A stretch of 64,000 bases of DNA from an uncultured Bacteroidales bacterium (GTDB lineage: Bacteria; Bacteroidota; Bacteroidia; Bacteroidales; CAYTAU01), in NCBI GenBank assembly GCA_964435855.1, contig CAYTAU010000003.1, forward strand, positions 20,096 through 84,095, read 5' to 3'. The stretch's first letter is position 1, and each line of letters starts with the position of its first letter. The notes under the pieces are model-generated. The model was given only the letters and a program-made list of their open reading frames with translations. It was not told the origin of the DNA and made no database searches. Positions 18,068 to 28,402 of the stretch are shown piece by piece. Position numbers and translations under genes: made by a program.

Positions 18068-19492
18068 TTAGTACCTGTAATGCTCCGGTTTGTACGGACC
18101 TTCTTTTTTAACACCAAGATATTTTGCTTGTTCATCAGTAAGTATTGTTAATTTAACACCGAGTTGTTCAAGGTGCAGTCGTGCTACTTCTTCGTCAAGT
18201 TGTTTTGAAAGCCTATAAACTTTATTAGTATATTCTTCTCTGTTTTTCCAAAGATCTATTTGCGCAAGTGTTTGGTTAGAGAAAGAGTTGCTCATTACAA
18301 AAGAAGGATGTCCTGTTGCACAACCAAGGTTTACAAGCCTACCTTCAGCAAGCATGAAAATTGCATGACCATCTGAAAACAGATATTTATCAACCTGTGG
18401 TTTAATATTTATTTTTTCAACTCCAGGTATTTCTTCTAATTTCGCAACTTGAATTTCGTTATCGAAATGACCAATATTACAAACAATTGCTTGGTCTTTC
18501 ATTTTTGACATGAGTTCAGCAGTAATAACATCTTTGTTTCCTGTTGTGGTAACATAAATATTACCTTTAGAAAGAGTGTTTTCAATAGTAGTAACTTCAA
18601 AGCCTTCCATTGAAGCTTGTAATGCACATATTGGGTCAATTTCTGTAACAATTACTCTTGCTCCATAAAAACGCATTGATTGAGCACAACCTTTTCCAAC
18701 ATCTCCATATCCGCAAACAACAACAGTTTTACCGGCTATCATAACATCGGTAGCACGTTTAATACCATCGGCAAGTGATTCTCTACATCCGTAAAGATTA
18801 TCGAATTTCGATTTTGTAACCGAATCATTTACATTAATTGCAGGAACAAGTAATTCTCCGGCTTCCATCATCTGATATAAACGATGTACTCCTGTAGTTG
18901 TTTCTTCTGAAACTCCTTTCCAATCGGTAACAGTTCTGTGCCATTTTTGATTATCTTCAGCTAATGTTGTTTTTAAAAGGTCTAATAATTCAGCTTCTTC
19001 TATACTAGATGGTTTTACATCTATAGTAGATGCATCTTTTTCTGCACGATAACCTTTATGAACTAAAAGTGTGGCATCGCCGCCATCATCAACAATTAAT
19101 TGTGGACCTTTCCCATCAGGAAAGCTTAATGCTTGTTTAGTACACCACCAATATTCTTTTAATGTTTCGCCTTTCCATGCAAATACAGGTACACCTGATC
19201 TCGCTATTGCAGCAGCAGCATGGTCTTGTGTGGAAAATATATTACAACTTGACCATCTGACATCTGCACCAATTTCAACAAGAGTTTCTATTAAAACAGC
19301 TGTTTGAATAGTCATATGTAATGAACCCATTATTCTAACTCCTTTTAGGGGTTTTTCTGCAGAGAATTTTTTTCTTATTGCCATTAAGCCTGGCATTTCT
19401 TTTTCTGCAATTTCAATCTCTTTTCTACCAAAATCAGCAAGATCTATATCTTTAATTTTGTAAGGTAAGTTTTCTACTAATGTTTCTTTCAT
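18068..19492 (-). CDS. ahcY: S-adenosylhomocysteine hydrolase
   Basis: [49 protein letters not shown]; likely start MKETL at 19492. Confidence 0.97.
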   Translation of the reverse strand: MKETLVENLPYKIKDIDLADFGRKEIEIAEKEMPGLMAIRKKFSAEKPLKGVRIMGSLHMTIQTAVLIETLVEIGADVRWSSCNIFSTQDHAAAAIARSGVPVFAWKGETLKEYWWCTKQALSFPDGKGPQLIVDDGGDATLLVHKGYRAEKDASTIDVKPSSIEEAELLDLLKTTLAEDNQKWHRTVTDWKGVSEETTTGVHRLYQMMEAGELLVPAINVNDSVTKSKFDNLYGCRESLADGIKRATDVMIAGKTVVVCGYGDVGKGCAQSMRFYGARVIVTEIDPICALQASMEGFEVTTIENTLSKGNIYVTTTGNKDVITAELMSKMKDQAIVCNIGHFDNEIQVAKLEEIPGVEKINIKPQVDKYLFSDGHAIFMLAEGRLVNLGCATGHPSFVMSNSFSNQTLAQIDLWKNREEYTNKVYRLSKQLDEEVARLHLEQLGVKLTILTDEQAKYLGVKKEGPYKPEHYRY

Positions 19493-19619
19493 ATTATATT
19501 TATTTTTTAGATTTTGATTTGCAAAATTAAACAAAAAAAATACTTATCCGAAAATAAGTAGAATCAATAAATTTTAATCAGAGTTTTTTTTCTCAGTTTG
19601 TAAAATTACAAATACAATT

Positions 19620-19843
19620 GTAATTACTAAGCTCTAAATAAAAATAAATATTTATTTCTCAATTAGCAGATTAAGAAGATTTCACGCAAAGTATAGCTAA
19701 GAAATAGCAAAGAACGCTAAGGGACTATTATGTTAATCATTATCTTTTTGCGAGTTTTGCGTATTTTTTCTTTGCAGTCTTTGCGTGAAACAAAATCATA
19801 TAACATAGTATTTTCTAATTAGATAATTTGGCTGAGTAGTTAC
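19620..19843. mobile_element. non-autonomous MITE-like element with TIRs and 8-bp target duplication
   Basis: GTAATTACTAAGC (19620-19632)/GCTGAGTAGTTAC (19831-19843), 11/13 match; ATACAATT at 19612-19619 and 19844-19851. Confidence 0.7.
19680..19790. repeat. inverted repeat built of ~4 tandem GC(A/T)AAG units per arm
   Basis: TTTCACGCAAAG (19680-19691)/CTTTGCGTGAAA (19779-19790) perfect; inner units GCTAAG, GCAAAG, GCTAAG vs TTTGCG, TTTGCG, TTTGCA. Confidence 0.8.
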
Positions 19844-19915
19844 ATACAATTTTAATTACAAATAAAATAAATGAAAAAAAAACATGAAAAATATTGCTAA
19901 AACAAATTGATATTT

Positions 19916-19923
19916 TAATTTTG
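19916..19923 (+). promoter_or_regulatory. Bacteroidota housekeeping promoter -7 box upstream of hppA
   Basis: TAATTTTG matches TAnnTTTG about 85 nt before the start codon. Confidence 0.5.
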
Positions 19924-20008
19924 CAGCTTGAGATTTTGAATATTTATTCAAACTAATTAAAATTTAATTAATTAACAGCAACATTTGTTGCATTAAAACT
20001 ATCAACTT

Positions 20009-22303
20009 ATGAATACTATTTTTTGGTTAATACCAATTTCTTCTGTGCTAGCATTGGTTTTTGCATGGTTCTTTTTTAAATCAATGATGAAAAATTCAGA
20101 AGGAACTGATAAAATGAAAGAAATTGCTCAGTATGTGCGTGAAGGAGCAATGGCCTACATTAAGCGACAATACAAAGTAGTTGCGTATGTATTTATTATC
20201 TTGTTTGTTATTTTAACAGTTATGGCTTATTTTGGTGTTTTAAATCCATTTGTGCCAATTGCTTTTTTTACCGGTGGTTTTTTCTCCGGGCTTTGCGGAT
20301 ATTTAGGAATGAAAACAGCTACTTTTGCTTCGGCAAGAACCGCACATGGTGCTTCATCTTCTTTAAATCGTGGTTTAAAAATAGCTTTCAGGAGCGGTGC
20401 AGTTATGGGACTCATTGTAGTAGGATTTGCTTTACTTGATATTGCTGCCTGGTACTGGTTTTTAAGTAGTATCGTGTTTACTCCTGAGCATATGATATCA
20501 GGTGTAAATTTTATAGGACTTGATTTTGTTCAATCAGGAACAACAGAAAGCCAGAAGTTAATTGAAATTACAACAACTATGCTTACTTTTGGAATGGGTG
20601 CTTCAACTCAGGCATTGTTTGCTCGTGTTGGTGGTGGTATTTTTACTAAAGCTGCTGATGTTGGTGCTGACCTTGTTGGAAAAGTAGAAGCAGGTATTCC
20701 TGAAGACGACCCTCGTAATCCTGCAACAATTGCTGATAATGTTGGTGATAATGTAGGTGATGTTGCCGGTATGGGAGCAGACCTTTACGAATCGTATGCA
20801 GGTTCAATTCTTGCTACTGCTGCATTGGGTGCAGCTCTGCCTGCAATCGCATTATCAGAAACAGGTATCGATCCTGTAAAAGCTGTAACTGCGCCAATGG
20901 TTGTTGCGGCTATTGGTATATTATTGTCAATTATTGGAATATTTATGGTTCGTGCCAAAGAATCTGCATCACAAAAAAACTTACTAAATGCTCTTTTATT
21001 GGGAACAGGAGGAAGCTCTGCTCTAATTCTTGTTGCCATGGTTGGAATGGCTTATTTTGGATGGGTAACATGGGGTATCTTTTTTGCTGTAGTTATTGGG
21101 CTTGCTGCCGGTGTAATTATTGGACAAGCTACCGAATACTTTACATCTGATGAATATAAACCTACTAAAAATATTGCCAAGCAGGCTCTTAAAGGACCGG
21201 CAACATTGATTATTGAAGGAGTTGCTGTTGGGATGTATTCTACATGGATTCCAGTATTAACTATTGTTCTTGCTATTATAGGCTCTTTTTGGGTCTCAGG
21301 AGGTTCAGAACATTTTGCTATGGGGGTTTACGGAATTGGATTTGCTGCTGTAGGAATGCTTTCTACATTAGGTATAACATTAGCAACTGATGCATTTGGG
21401 CCTATTGCCGACAATGCAGGTGGTAATGCTGAAATGGCTAAACTTCCCAAAGAGGTTAGGGAAAGAACAGATGCTTTGGATATGCTTGGAAACACAACTG
21501 CTGCCACAGGTAAAGGTTTTGCAATTGGTTCGGCTGCTTTAACTGCAATGGCGTTAATTTCCGCTTACATGGAAGAAGTAAGAATATGGTTTAGCAAAAT
21601 TGCAGATGCAGGACAGGGATTTGTAGAAAAAGGTGCTTATGTATTTTATTCTGATGTTGTTCCTGCTGTTGAAGAAGGTATTAAGGCTGTTCAGATTTCT
21701 ACAGCCTCAGTAAAAGATTTTTCTGCAGCTTACGATATTACTTTATTTAACCCACTATTTTTGGGAGGTATCTTTATAGGTGCTATGATGGCTTTTGTAT
21801 TTAGTGCTATGACAATGAAAGCTGTTGGTCGTGCTGCAGGAGCAATGGTTGATGAAGTACGCCGTCAGTTCCGAGAAATTAAAGGTATTTTAGAAGGAAC
21901 AGCAACACCAGAATATGCAAAATGTGTTGAAATATCAACTAAGGGTGCTCAGCGCGAAATGTTGTTACCATCGTTGGTTGCTATTATTGTTCCTATTATA
22001 ATAGGTGTTGTTATGGGAGTTGCAGGTGTAATAGGTCTTTTGGCAGGTACTTTAACTGCTGGCTTTACTCTTGCTGTATTTATGAATAACTCAGGTGGTG
22101 CATGGGACAATGCTAAAAAATATATTGAAAAAGGTAATTTGGGAGGTAAAGGCAGCGAAGCTCACAAAGCAGGTGTTGTTGGTGATACTGTTGGCGACCC
22201 TTTCAAAGATACTTCAGGACCCTCATTAAATATACTTATTAAATTAATGTCTATGGTTTCTGTTGTTATGGCAGGATTAACTGTTACCATTAGTTTATTG
22301 TAA
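20009..22303 (+). CDS. hppA: membrane-bound pyrophosphatase, K+-dependent, probably Na+-translocating
   Basis: [35 protein letters not shown] (Ala = K+-dependent type), [14 protein letters not shown]. Confidence 0.95.
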   Translation: MNTIFWLIPISSVLALVFAWFFFKSMMKNSEGTDKMKEIAQYVREGAMAYIKRQYKVVAYVFIILFVILTVMAYFGVLNPFVPIAFFTGGFFSGLCGYLGMKTATFASARTAHGASSSLNRGLKIAFRSGAVMGLIVVGFALLDIAAWYWFLSSIVFTPEHMISGVNFIGLDFVQSGTTESQKLIEITTTMLTFGMGASTQALFARVGGGIFTKAADVGADLVGKVEAGIPEDDPRNPATIADNVGDNVGDVAGMGADLYESYAGSILATAALGAALPAIALSETGIDPVKAVTAPMVVAAIGILLSIIGIFMVRAKESASQKNLLNALLLGTGGSSALILVAMVGMAYFGWVTWGIFFAVVIGLAAGVIIGQATEYFTSDEYKPTKNIAKQALKGPATLIIEGVAVGMYSTWIPVLTIVLAIIGSFWVSGGSEHFAMGVYGIGFAAVGMLSTLGITLATDAFGPIADNAGGNAEMAKLPKEVRERTDALDMLGNTTAATGKGFAIGSAALTAMALISAYMEEVRIWFSKIADAGQGFVEKGAYVFYSDVVPAVEEGIKAVQISTASVKDFSAAYDITLFNPLFLGGIFIGAMMAFVFSAMTMKAVGRAAGAMVDEVRRQFREIKGILEGTATPEYAKCVEISTKGAQREMLLPSLVAIIVPIIIGVVMGVAGVIGLLAGTLTAGFTLAVFMNNSGGAWDNAKKYIEKGNLGGKGSEAHKAGVVGDTVGDPFKDTSGPSLNILIKLMSMVSVVMAGLTVTISLL

Positions 22304-22320
22304 AATATATTTTTAAACGA

Positions 22321-22359
22321 AAAAAAAAGCTGTTTTTTATATAAGACAGCTTTTTTTTT
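22321..22359. terminator. bidirectional rho-independent terminator
   Basis: A-run AGCTGTTTT...AAGACAGCT T-run directly after the hppA stop. Confidence 0.8.
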
Positions 22360-22564
22360 ATTTTATCCCACCAATACGGAATCCGATTTCTCCTGTTTTG
22401 TGCAAGGGAAAAACCATAAAATTTTAACCCAAAAATAGATTGTTAGTGTTTGGATTTTGATGTAATTTGGGTCATGCGTTGCATAAAATTCATCAAAAAT
22501 AATTTATGCAAAAATATAATTTTAAAGATTTAAGGGTAATTTATAGCTAATACCCTTTTTTTAT

Positions 22565-22630
22565 AAACATTCCCTGAAAACGGGAATCTACTGGATTCCT
22601 GATCTCCATTGCATTCCGTCAGGAATGTTT
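22565..22630. repeat. degenerate branched palindrome (CATTCCC...GGGAATC...GATTCC...GGAATG type)
   Basis: AAACATTCC (22565-22573)/GGAATGTTT (22622-22630); ATTCCC-N7-GGGAAT; GGAATC/GATTCC inner stem. Confidence 0.65.
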
Positions 22631-22698
22631 TACTGCAAAACAATCTTTTTTGTTTCTGTAATCATAAACTCATATTCATTAAAAAAAACTGATAATCA

Positions 22699-25047
22699 CT
22701 AAAAAGGATATCCAATACCAACATTTACATTGCTGAAAAGATCTTTAAAGAATTTTGAACGTTCGGTAAAAATTACTATTTTTTCACCATCAGCTTGGCG
22801 TGGATCTCTTACTTTTACGCCAAAATCGAAGCGGAAAACAAAGAAAGAAAAATCGAAACGAGTACCAAAACCACTGCCAATAGCAATATCATTATAAAAA
22901 GTATTTAACTTAAACAAGCTTCCTTCGCGAGTGTCGTTATCGGTAATTGACCAAATATTTCCGGCATCAACAAACAAGGCACCTTCTATCATCCAAAAGA
23001 GTTTAAAACGATATTCAATATTTGCTTCAAGTTTTATATCGGCAGTTTGGTAATTAAATATCTCATTGGGGTTGTAATAGCTTCCGGGACCTAAAGAACG
23101 CACAGGCCAGGCTCTGATACTATTTGCTCCACCAGAAAAATATTGTTTTATAAACGGAATTGCCGTAGAATTTCCGTAAGGATAAGCAAATCCTCCAAAA
23201 ACCCGATATGCAATAACATTTTGCTGATACACCTGTTGATAATATCTAAAGTCAATATCCGATTTCATATATTGTGCATATTTTCGGTTCATAACCAGAT
23301 AGCTGCCACCTTCATTAGTAGTTTTTGTTATTTTGTTGATAGTGGATAATATGTTACCCGAAGGTTCAATATTTGTTCTGAAATACACATGATTTTTTTT
23401 CTTTTTCAAATCCTGATTATTAAAAATAAAACTGTAGTTTGTTGATGTAATAAGATAATCTTTATAACTGTTTTTAATATACGGATTGTCAATTCTTGCA
23501 TAAAATGCTGTATCAATAACAGGAATATCAACTAGATTAACTTCAAATGGATTAACAATATGTTTTGTGTGTTTTGTTCCATTCCAGTTGTACCCGAAAG
23601 ACAGACTTGCAATTGTGCGGGTGTAATTAGGTCTGTGCTGATAATTATATGATAAAGTTACTTTTGTTTTTGGACTGTATTTTTTTGTAAACCCGTAAGA
23701 TTTATTACCTGCAAAAAACCAGAATTTAGGAATATTGATACTTGTTTGACCTCCATATTCTATAGTATTAAAAGGTAATTCATCAATTATTTCGTCGTTA
23801 TTTTCTGTGTCGCTTTGCAGTGTTGTTTGTTGCTGAATACCTCCATGTATTTTTGCATTAAATATTTCTGCCCCGTTAAATAAGCTTTTGTGTTGATATT
23901 GCAGGTTTGCAGCAATCCCTAAATTACCCGAAGAATTTGTGCCTTCAAGCTCGGCAGTGTACGATTGCTTGGCAAAGGGTGTTAAGTGAATAATGCAATC
24001 CAATAAATATTTGTTTTTTGTATCATCCGGTTCTGTAAAAACAATATTAATAAGTTTAAAAACTTTTAATGCTGCCAGGTGCCTGTATGTTTGGTCAACA
24101 TTGTATTTTGCATAATAATCGTTTTTTTCAATGTAGTTTGCATTTATAATTACCTTGGGATTTATTTTCATGCTTTTTTTGAAAATAAAATTTATGTTTT
24201 CAATAACAAGAGTATCAAAATCTGCAAAGTAGTTTTCCTTTTCTTTTACCGATTGCTTGGGGTCGAAATTTGGATATATGTAAACATTTTTAATGGTGTA
24301 TTTGTGGTGTTTTTCTGGTTCATAGGTTTCATCAGATATTTTTTTCATAAAGTTTTTTATGCCAACATTAATATCAACCTGATAAGAATTTAAAGCACTG
24401 TCAACTTCGTAGTAAATATATTCTTTCGAAAAATCGTAATATCCTCTGTTTTTTAAAAACTTTGTAATACGCTCTCTTTCTAATTGCATCAAATCGGCAT
24501 CAAACAGTTTCCCTTTTTTAAAAAGTGAATTAATGGTATCACGAAAAACAATAGATTCAACAATATAATCATCAATATTATAATTAATATTCCGCATTGT
24601 GTATGGCTTATTTGCTTTAACCTGATATGCTATTTCTGCTTTTTTCTTTTTGTAGATAGTTGTATCATAAACATCGGAATAATAATAGCCTTTGTTTTTA
24701 AGATATATTTTAATCTGTTTGCTCGATTTGGTTTTTAAATAATCATCATACAAAACAGGTTCTTCGCCAACAATTTCGGTAATTTTTCTTCTCAATTTTT
24801 TTGAACCCTTCTTATGAAACATATTGTAAACACCCAAATGAAACCTAAATACCTCTAACATTCGTTTATTCGGTTTTTGTTTGATATAGCTTTCAAGCTC
24901 ATCGGTATCTATACTTTTATCATCGCACTTTAATTTGTATTTATTAAGCAGATAATATCCTTCGGGTACGTTTTTGGTAGGACGACACGAAACAATGCCA
25001 ATTAATATAATTAGCCCAATAAGTTTATATGTATGCGATAATTTCAA
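22699..25047 (-). CDS. BamA/TamA family (TamL-like) outer-membrane lipoprotein
   Basis: lipobox IVSC, POTRA-like LKNKGY, FSGGANSIRAW, FVDAGNIW, GIGYPF C-terminus. Confidence 0.9.
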   Translation of the reverse strand: MKLSHTYKLIGLIILIGIVSCRPTKNVPEGYYLLNKYKLKCDDKSIDTDELESYIKQKPNKRMLEVFRFHLGVYNMFHKKGSKKLRRKITEIVGEEPVLYDDYLKTKSSKQIKIYLKNKGYYYSDVYDTTIYKKKKAEIAYQVKANKPYTMRNINYNIDDYIVESIVFRDTINSLFKKGKLFDADLMQLERERITKFLKNRGYYDFSKEYIYYEVDSALNSYQVDINVGIKNFMKKISDETYEPEKHHKYTIKNVYIYPNFDPKQSVKEKENYFADFDTLVIENINFIFKKSMKINPKVIINANYIEKNDYYAKYNVDQTYRHLAALKVFKLINIVFTEPDDTKNKYLLDCIIHLTPFAKQSYTAELEGTNSSGNLGIAANLQYQHKSLFNGAEIFNAKIHGGIQQQTTLQSDTENNDEIIDELPFNTIEYGGQTSINIPKFWFFAGNKSYGFTKKYSPKTKVTLSYNYQHRPNYTRTIASLSFGYNWNGTKHTKHIVNPFEVNLVDIPVIDTAFYARIDNPYIKNSYKDYLITSTNYSFIFNNQDLKKKKNHVYFRTNIEPSGNILSTINKITKTTNEGGSYLVMNRKYAQYMKSDIDFRYYQQVYQQNVIAYRVFGGFAYPYGNSTAIPFIKQYFSGGANSIRAWPVRSLGPGSYYNPNEIFNYQTADIKLEANIEYRFKLFWMIEGALFVDAGNIWSITDNDTREGSLFKLNTFYNDIAIGSGFGTRFDFSFFVFRFDFGVKVRDPRQADGEKIVIFTERSKFFKDLFSNVNVGIGYPF

Positions 25048-25090
25048 AAATATATGTTACATTCACGGCAAAAATAATAATTATAGATGG

Positions 25091-25184
25091 ATTGTTCAAT
25101 TGTTCAATTGTTTTCCTGATGTTCGTGGATAAAATAATAATTTAATTTTAGGCATTTTAGCTCACTTTAGGCATTTTAGGCATT
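25091..25184. repeat. short tandem repeats ATTGTTCA x~3 and TTTAGGCA(T) x4
   Basis: 25091-25112 and 25146-25184. Confidence 0.7.
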
Positions 25185-25253
25185 TGTGTTTTTATAAATA
25201 AAATGTAATTTTAGCACAAAATTTTATGAAAATTTAAGAATTTTGTAAAACTT

Positions 25254-25994
25254 ATGACAAACAATCAGATAAAATACATTTCATCGTTAAAGCAAAAGAA
25301 ATTTAGAGATAAGCATAATAAATTTATTATTGAGGGTGATAAACTGGTAAAAGAGCTTTTAAATTCGCATTATGATATTGAAAATATATATGCTGTAAAA
25401 GAATGGGCAGAAACTTTAGATATTGTTCCCAATAATATTATTGAGATATCTGCCAAAGAATTAAATCGCATAAGCTTGCTTAAAACACCTAATAAGGTTT
25501 TGGCTGTAGCCGATATTAAAACTCATGAATACAATTTAAAAGATATAAGTAAAGGGCTTTCAATTGTAATTGACAATATACAAGACCCCGGTAATTTGGG
25601 AACAATAATGCGTACTGCCAATTGGTTTGGTATTAAAAATATTTTTTGCTCATTAAACAGTGTTGATGTTTTTAATCCAAAAGTTGTGCAGGCAACTATG
25701 GGGGCAATTTTTAGGATTAATGTGCATTATATTGATATTGCCAATTTTATTAAGCAAACCACAAAATATAAACTGCCTATTTACGGCACTTACCTTGAGG
25801 GCGAAAATATATATCAACAAAAACTTACACAAAACGGCATTATTGTTTTTGGTAATGAGGGTACAGGAATTTCCGATAATATAAACTCTTTAATTAACCG
25901 CAAAATTCATATTCCTTCTTTCGCTAATGCAAGCGAATCGCTAAATATTGCCGGGGCTGTGGCTATTGTTTGCTCGGAGTTTAAGAGAGGGTAA
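25254..25994 (+). CDS. TrmH/SpoU family RNA methyltransferase
   Basis: IQDPGNLGTIMR, VFGNEGTG, ESLNIA. Confidence 0.92.
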   Translation: MTNNQIKYISSLKQKKFRDKHNKFIIEGDKLVKELLNSHYDIENIYAVKEWAETLDIVPNNIIEISAKELNRISLLKTPNKVLAVADIKTHEYNLKDISKGLSIVIDNIQDPGNLGTIMRTANWFGIKNIFCSLNSVDVFNPKVVQATMGAIFRINVHYIDIANFIKQTTKYKLPIYGTYLEGENIYQQKLTQNGIIVFGNEGTGISDNINSLINRKIHIPSFANASESLNIAGAVAIVCSEFKRG

Positions 25995-26032
25995 AAAAGG
26001 TTTGGAAAATATACTAAAATAATGTGTATTTA

Positions 26033-26062
26033 TAAAGCAACCTCTTGCAATATTTTGAGTCT
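26033..26062 (+). promoter_or_regulatory. putative ECF-sigma promoter
   Basis: TAAAGCAACC-N16-GTCT; same motif upstream of two other T9SS cargo genes. Confidence 0.55.
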
Positions 26063-26092
26063 AATATATAAAACAACTAAAAACGCTGAGTT

Positions 26093-28066
26093 ATGAAAAA
26101 ACTATATTTCTTAATCATTTCGCTACTTATAATAAACCTTACAAATGCTCAATGGCAACAAACTAATGGACCACATGATGGTGTATTTAATGATTTTGCT
26201 ATAATTGGAACTGATGTATATGCTGCTACTAATAAAGGAGTATTTGTATCTACAAATAATGGAAATAGCTGGACCAAGTTATCCCATATACCTTCATATT
26301 CTATTTATTTTGACGGAACTAATTTGTTTGCTGGCTCAATGGCTGGTGGAGTATATATTTCAACCGACTATGGGTTAAATTGGACTCAAACGGCATTACA
26401 AAGTGAAACAATTACAACAATTGCCAGAAACGGAACAGATCTTTTTGTTGGATCTTGGAATGGCAATATATATCATACAAATAATAATGGTTTAAGCTGG
26501 ACACTTATGAACAATGGGTCTGTTTTTTCATCGGTTCATGAAATTGAATTTATAGGTGCAAACATATTTGCTACAACATCAAATGGTGTTTTTATTTCTT
26601 CAAATAGTGGTGCAAGTTGGACTGCTTCAAATAATGGTTTATTATTTGATGAGGCTTATTCAGTAGTAGCTTATGGTTCTGATATTTATGTTTCTTCCTT
26701 TGGTGGTTTATATAAAAGTATTAATAATGGTGCAAATTGGAATCTGCTTACTAATTCTGTAACACCAAATGATATGGTATTTGATGGAACAGATTTGTTG
26801 GTTTGTTCAAATAATGGTGTTTTTATTTCAAGCGATTTTGGTATTAACTGGACAGCATTAAATAATGGAATATTCTATACATGGTTAAACTGCATTGCAG
26901 TTATTGGTAATGATTTATATGCAGGAACAGCAGGTGGTATTTATGGCAGAGGTGTTTTTGTATCGCACGATTATGGACTAAATTGGTCAACAACAGGTGT
27001 AATAAAATCAGAGGTGTATGCCTTATATGCAAACGATACAATGATATTTGCCAGTGTAGATACTGGAGGTATATTCAATTCTTTAAACGAACTTGAATGG
27101 AATGAATGTTACAATGGAACTTATGGAAGAATACAATGCTTTGAAAAAAATGGAAATGATTTATACGCAGGTTCTTCTTATGGTGCTGGTTTATTTCATT
27201 CAACAAATAATGGAGGTACATGGAATTTATTAAATAATGGTCTAACTAACGGTTATGTAAATGCAATTGCATTTATTGGTTCAGACATTTATTTAGGTAC
27301 TCACGGTGGTGCATATGTATCATATAATAATGGTGCAAACTGGACTATTATTAATAACGGTCTTTCTGGTGAAATACTATCATTACTCACAATTGGTACA
27401 GATTTATATGCAGGAGGTGTAGGTGGTATGTACAAATCAACAAATGGTGGATTAAACTGGACAAGTATAAATAATGGTTTAACTAATTATGATATTAGAT
27501 CATTAGTAGTAATCGGAACAAAAATCTTTGCAGCTTCATATAATGGAGGGATATTTGTATCTAATAATTATGGTGCAAATTGGACAAGCGCAAATAATGG
27601 ATTAACAAATGATTCTGTTCAAGTACTTATTGTAGAAGATACTATATTATTTGCGGGAACAGATGGTAGTGGAGTTTTTATGTCTGATGATGGTGGTTTA
27701 AACTGGATTGATATTAATTTAGGTTTAGGTAATTATTATATTTTATCATTGGCTATAAGTGATAATAGTCTATATTCAGGGACTTATGGTGATGGAGTGT
27801 GGAAAAGACCGCTTAGTGAATTAATTGTTTCAAAAGAAAAGTTGCAAAAAGACAATGCCTTTAAAATTTTCCCCAACCCCACAACAGACCTTATAACAAT
27901 AGATGCAGAGAATATAAACAAGATAGAACTATGCGATATACATGGCAGGCAGGTATACACAGGCAAAAACAATACTATTGACCTTAGCCAACAACCACAA
28001 GGCATATACATTATTAAAATAACTACAGATAAGCTAACAATAAGCAAGAAGATAATTAAACAATAA
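26093..28066 (+). CDS. T9SS-secreted BNR/Asp-box beta-propeller protein
   Basis: signal peptide; ~13 SxNxGxxW repeats; CTD IFPNPT...GIYIIKI...KKIIKQ. Confidence 0.85.
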   Translation: MKKLYFLIISLLIINLTNAQWQQTNGPHDGVFNDFAIIGTDVYAATNKGVFVSTNNGNSWTKLSHIPSYSIYFDGTNLFAGSMAGGVYISTDYGLNWTQTALQSETITTIARNGTDLFVGSWNGNIYHTNNNGLSWTLMNNGSVFSSVHEIEFIGANIFATTSNGVFISSNSGASWTASNNGLLFDEAYSVVAYGSDIYVSSFGGLYKSINNGANWNLLTNSVTPNDMVFDGTDLLVCSNNGVFISSDFGINWTALNNGIFYTWLNCIAVIGNDLYAGTAGGIYGRGVFVSHDYGLNWSTTGVIKSEVYALYANDTMIFASVDTGGIFNSLNELEWNECYNGTYGRIQCFEKNGNDLYAGSSYGAGLFHSTNNGGTWNLLNNGLTNGYVNAIAFIGSDIYLGTHGGAYVSYNNGANWTIINNGLSGEILSLLTIGTDLYAGGVGGMYKSTNGGLNWTSINNGLTNYDIRSLVVIGTKIFAASYNGGIFVSNNYGANWTSANNGLTNDSVQVLIVEDTILFAGTDGSGVFMSDDGGLNWIDINLGLGNYYILSLAISDNSLYSGTYGDGVWKRPLSELIVSKEKLQKDNAFKIFPNPTTDLITIDAENINKIELCDIHGRQVYTGKNNTIDLSQQPQGIYIIKITTDKLTISKKIIKQ

Positions 28067-28073
28067 ATACGCT

Positions 28074-28125
28074 TGGTAACAACAAATAAAAAACATCAAA
28101 ACGCGTTCTATTAGGGACGTTAGCC
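28074..28125 (+). other. attC-like site immediately after the stop codon (degenerate)
   Basis: TGGTAAC (28074-28080) ... GTTAGCC (28119-28125) with central TAAAAAACATCAAAACG. Confidence 0.35.
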
Positions 28126-28200
28126 CCACAAACCCAAGCAAGTGAAATCCTAAAAATAAGTCAAAAGTGTTATCCTGAGCATACCGAAGAATCAAATATA

Positions 28201-28243
28201 TTTTGCGGTCTTTGCGTATTTACTTTGCGAACTTTGCGTGAAA
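28201..28243. repeat. solo right arm of the GCAAAG-unit repeat
   Basis: TTTGCGGTCTTTGCGTATTTACTTTGCGAACTTTGCGTGAAA closely matches 19747-19790. Confidence 0.8.
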
Positions 28244-28402
28244 TAAATCTAAAATATAAAATCGAAAAAACTATCTTTGCTTTTTTTAATTAAAATTTGC
28301 AATACAATTACAACAGGTATTTTACAGTTATATATTAATGTTCTGTAATAGTTTTGTCTTTAATTCCTCCCATTTGGGGAGGCTAGGAGGGGCTTTTATT
28401 CA

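Noticed and set aside
19493-19611. SAH/SAM riboswitch upstream of ahcY
   Set aside because: Leader is very AT-rich with a promoter-like TAATTTTG close to the start and no recognisable aptamer
28385-28390. Shine-Dalgarno AGGAGG for the DUF5103 gene
   Set aside because: Bacteroidota rarely use SD sequences and this one is part of the CCTCCC/GGGAGG palindrome remnant
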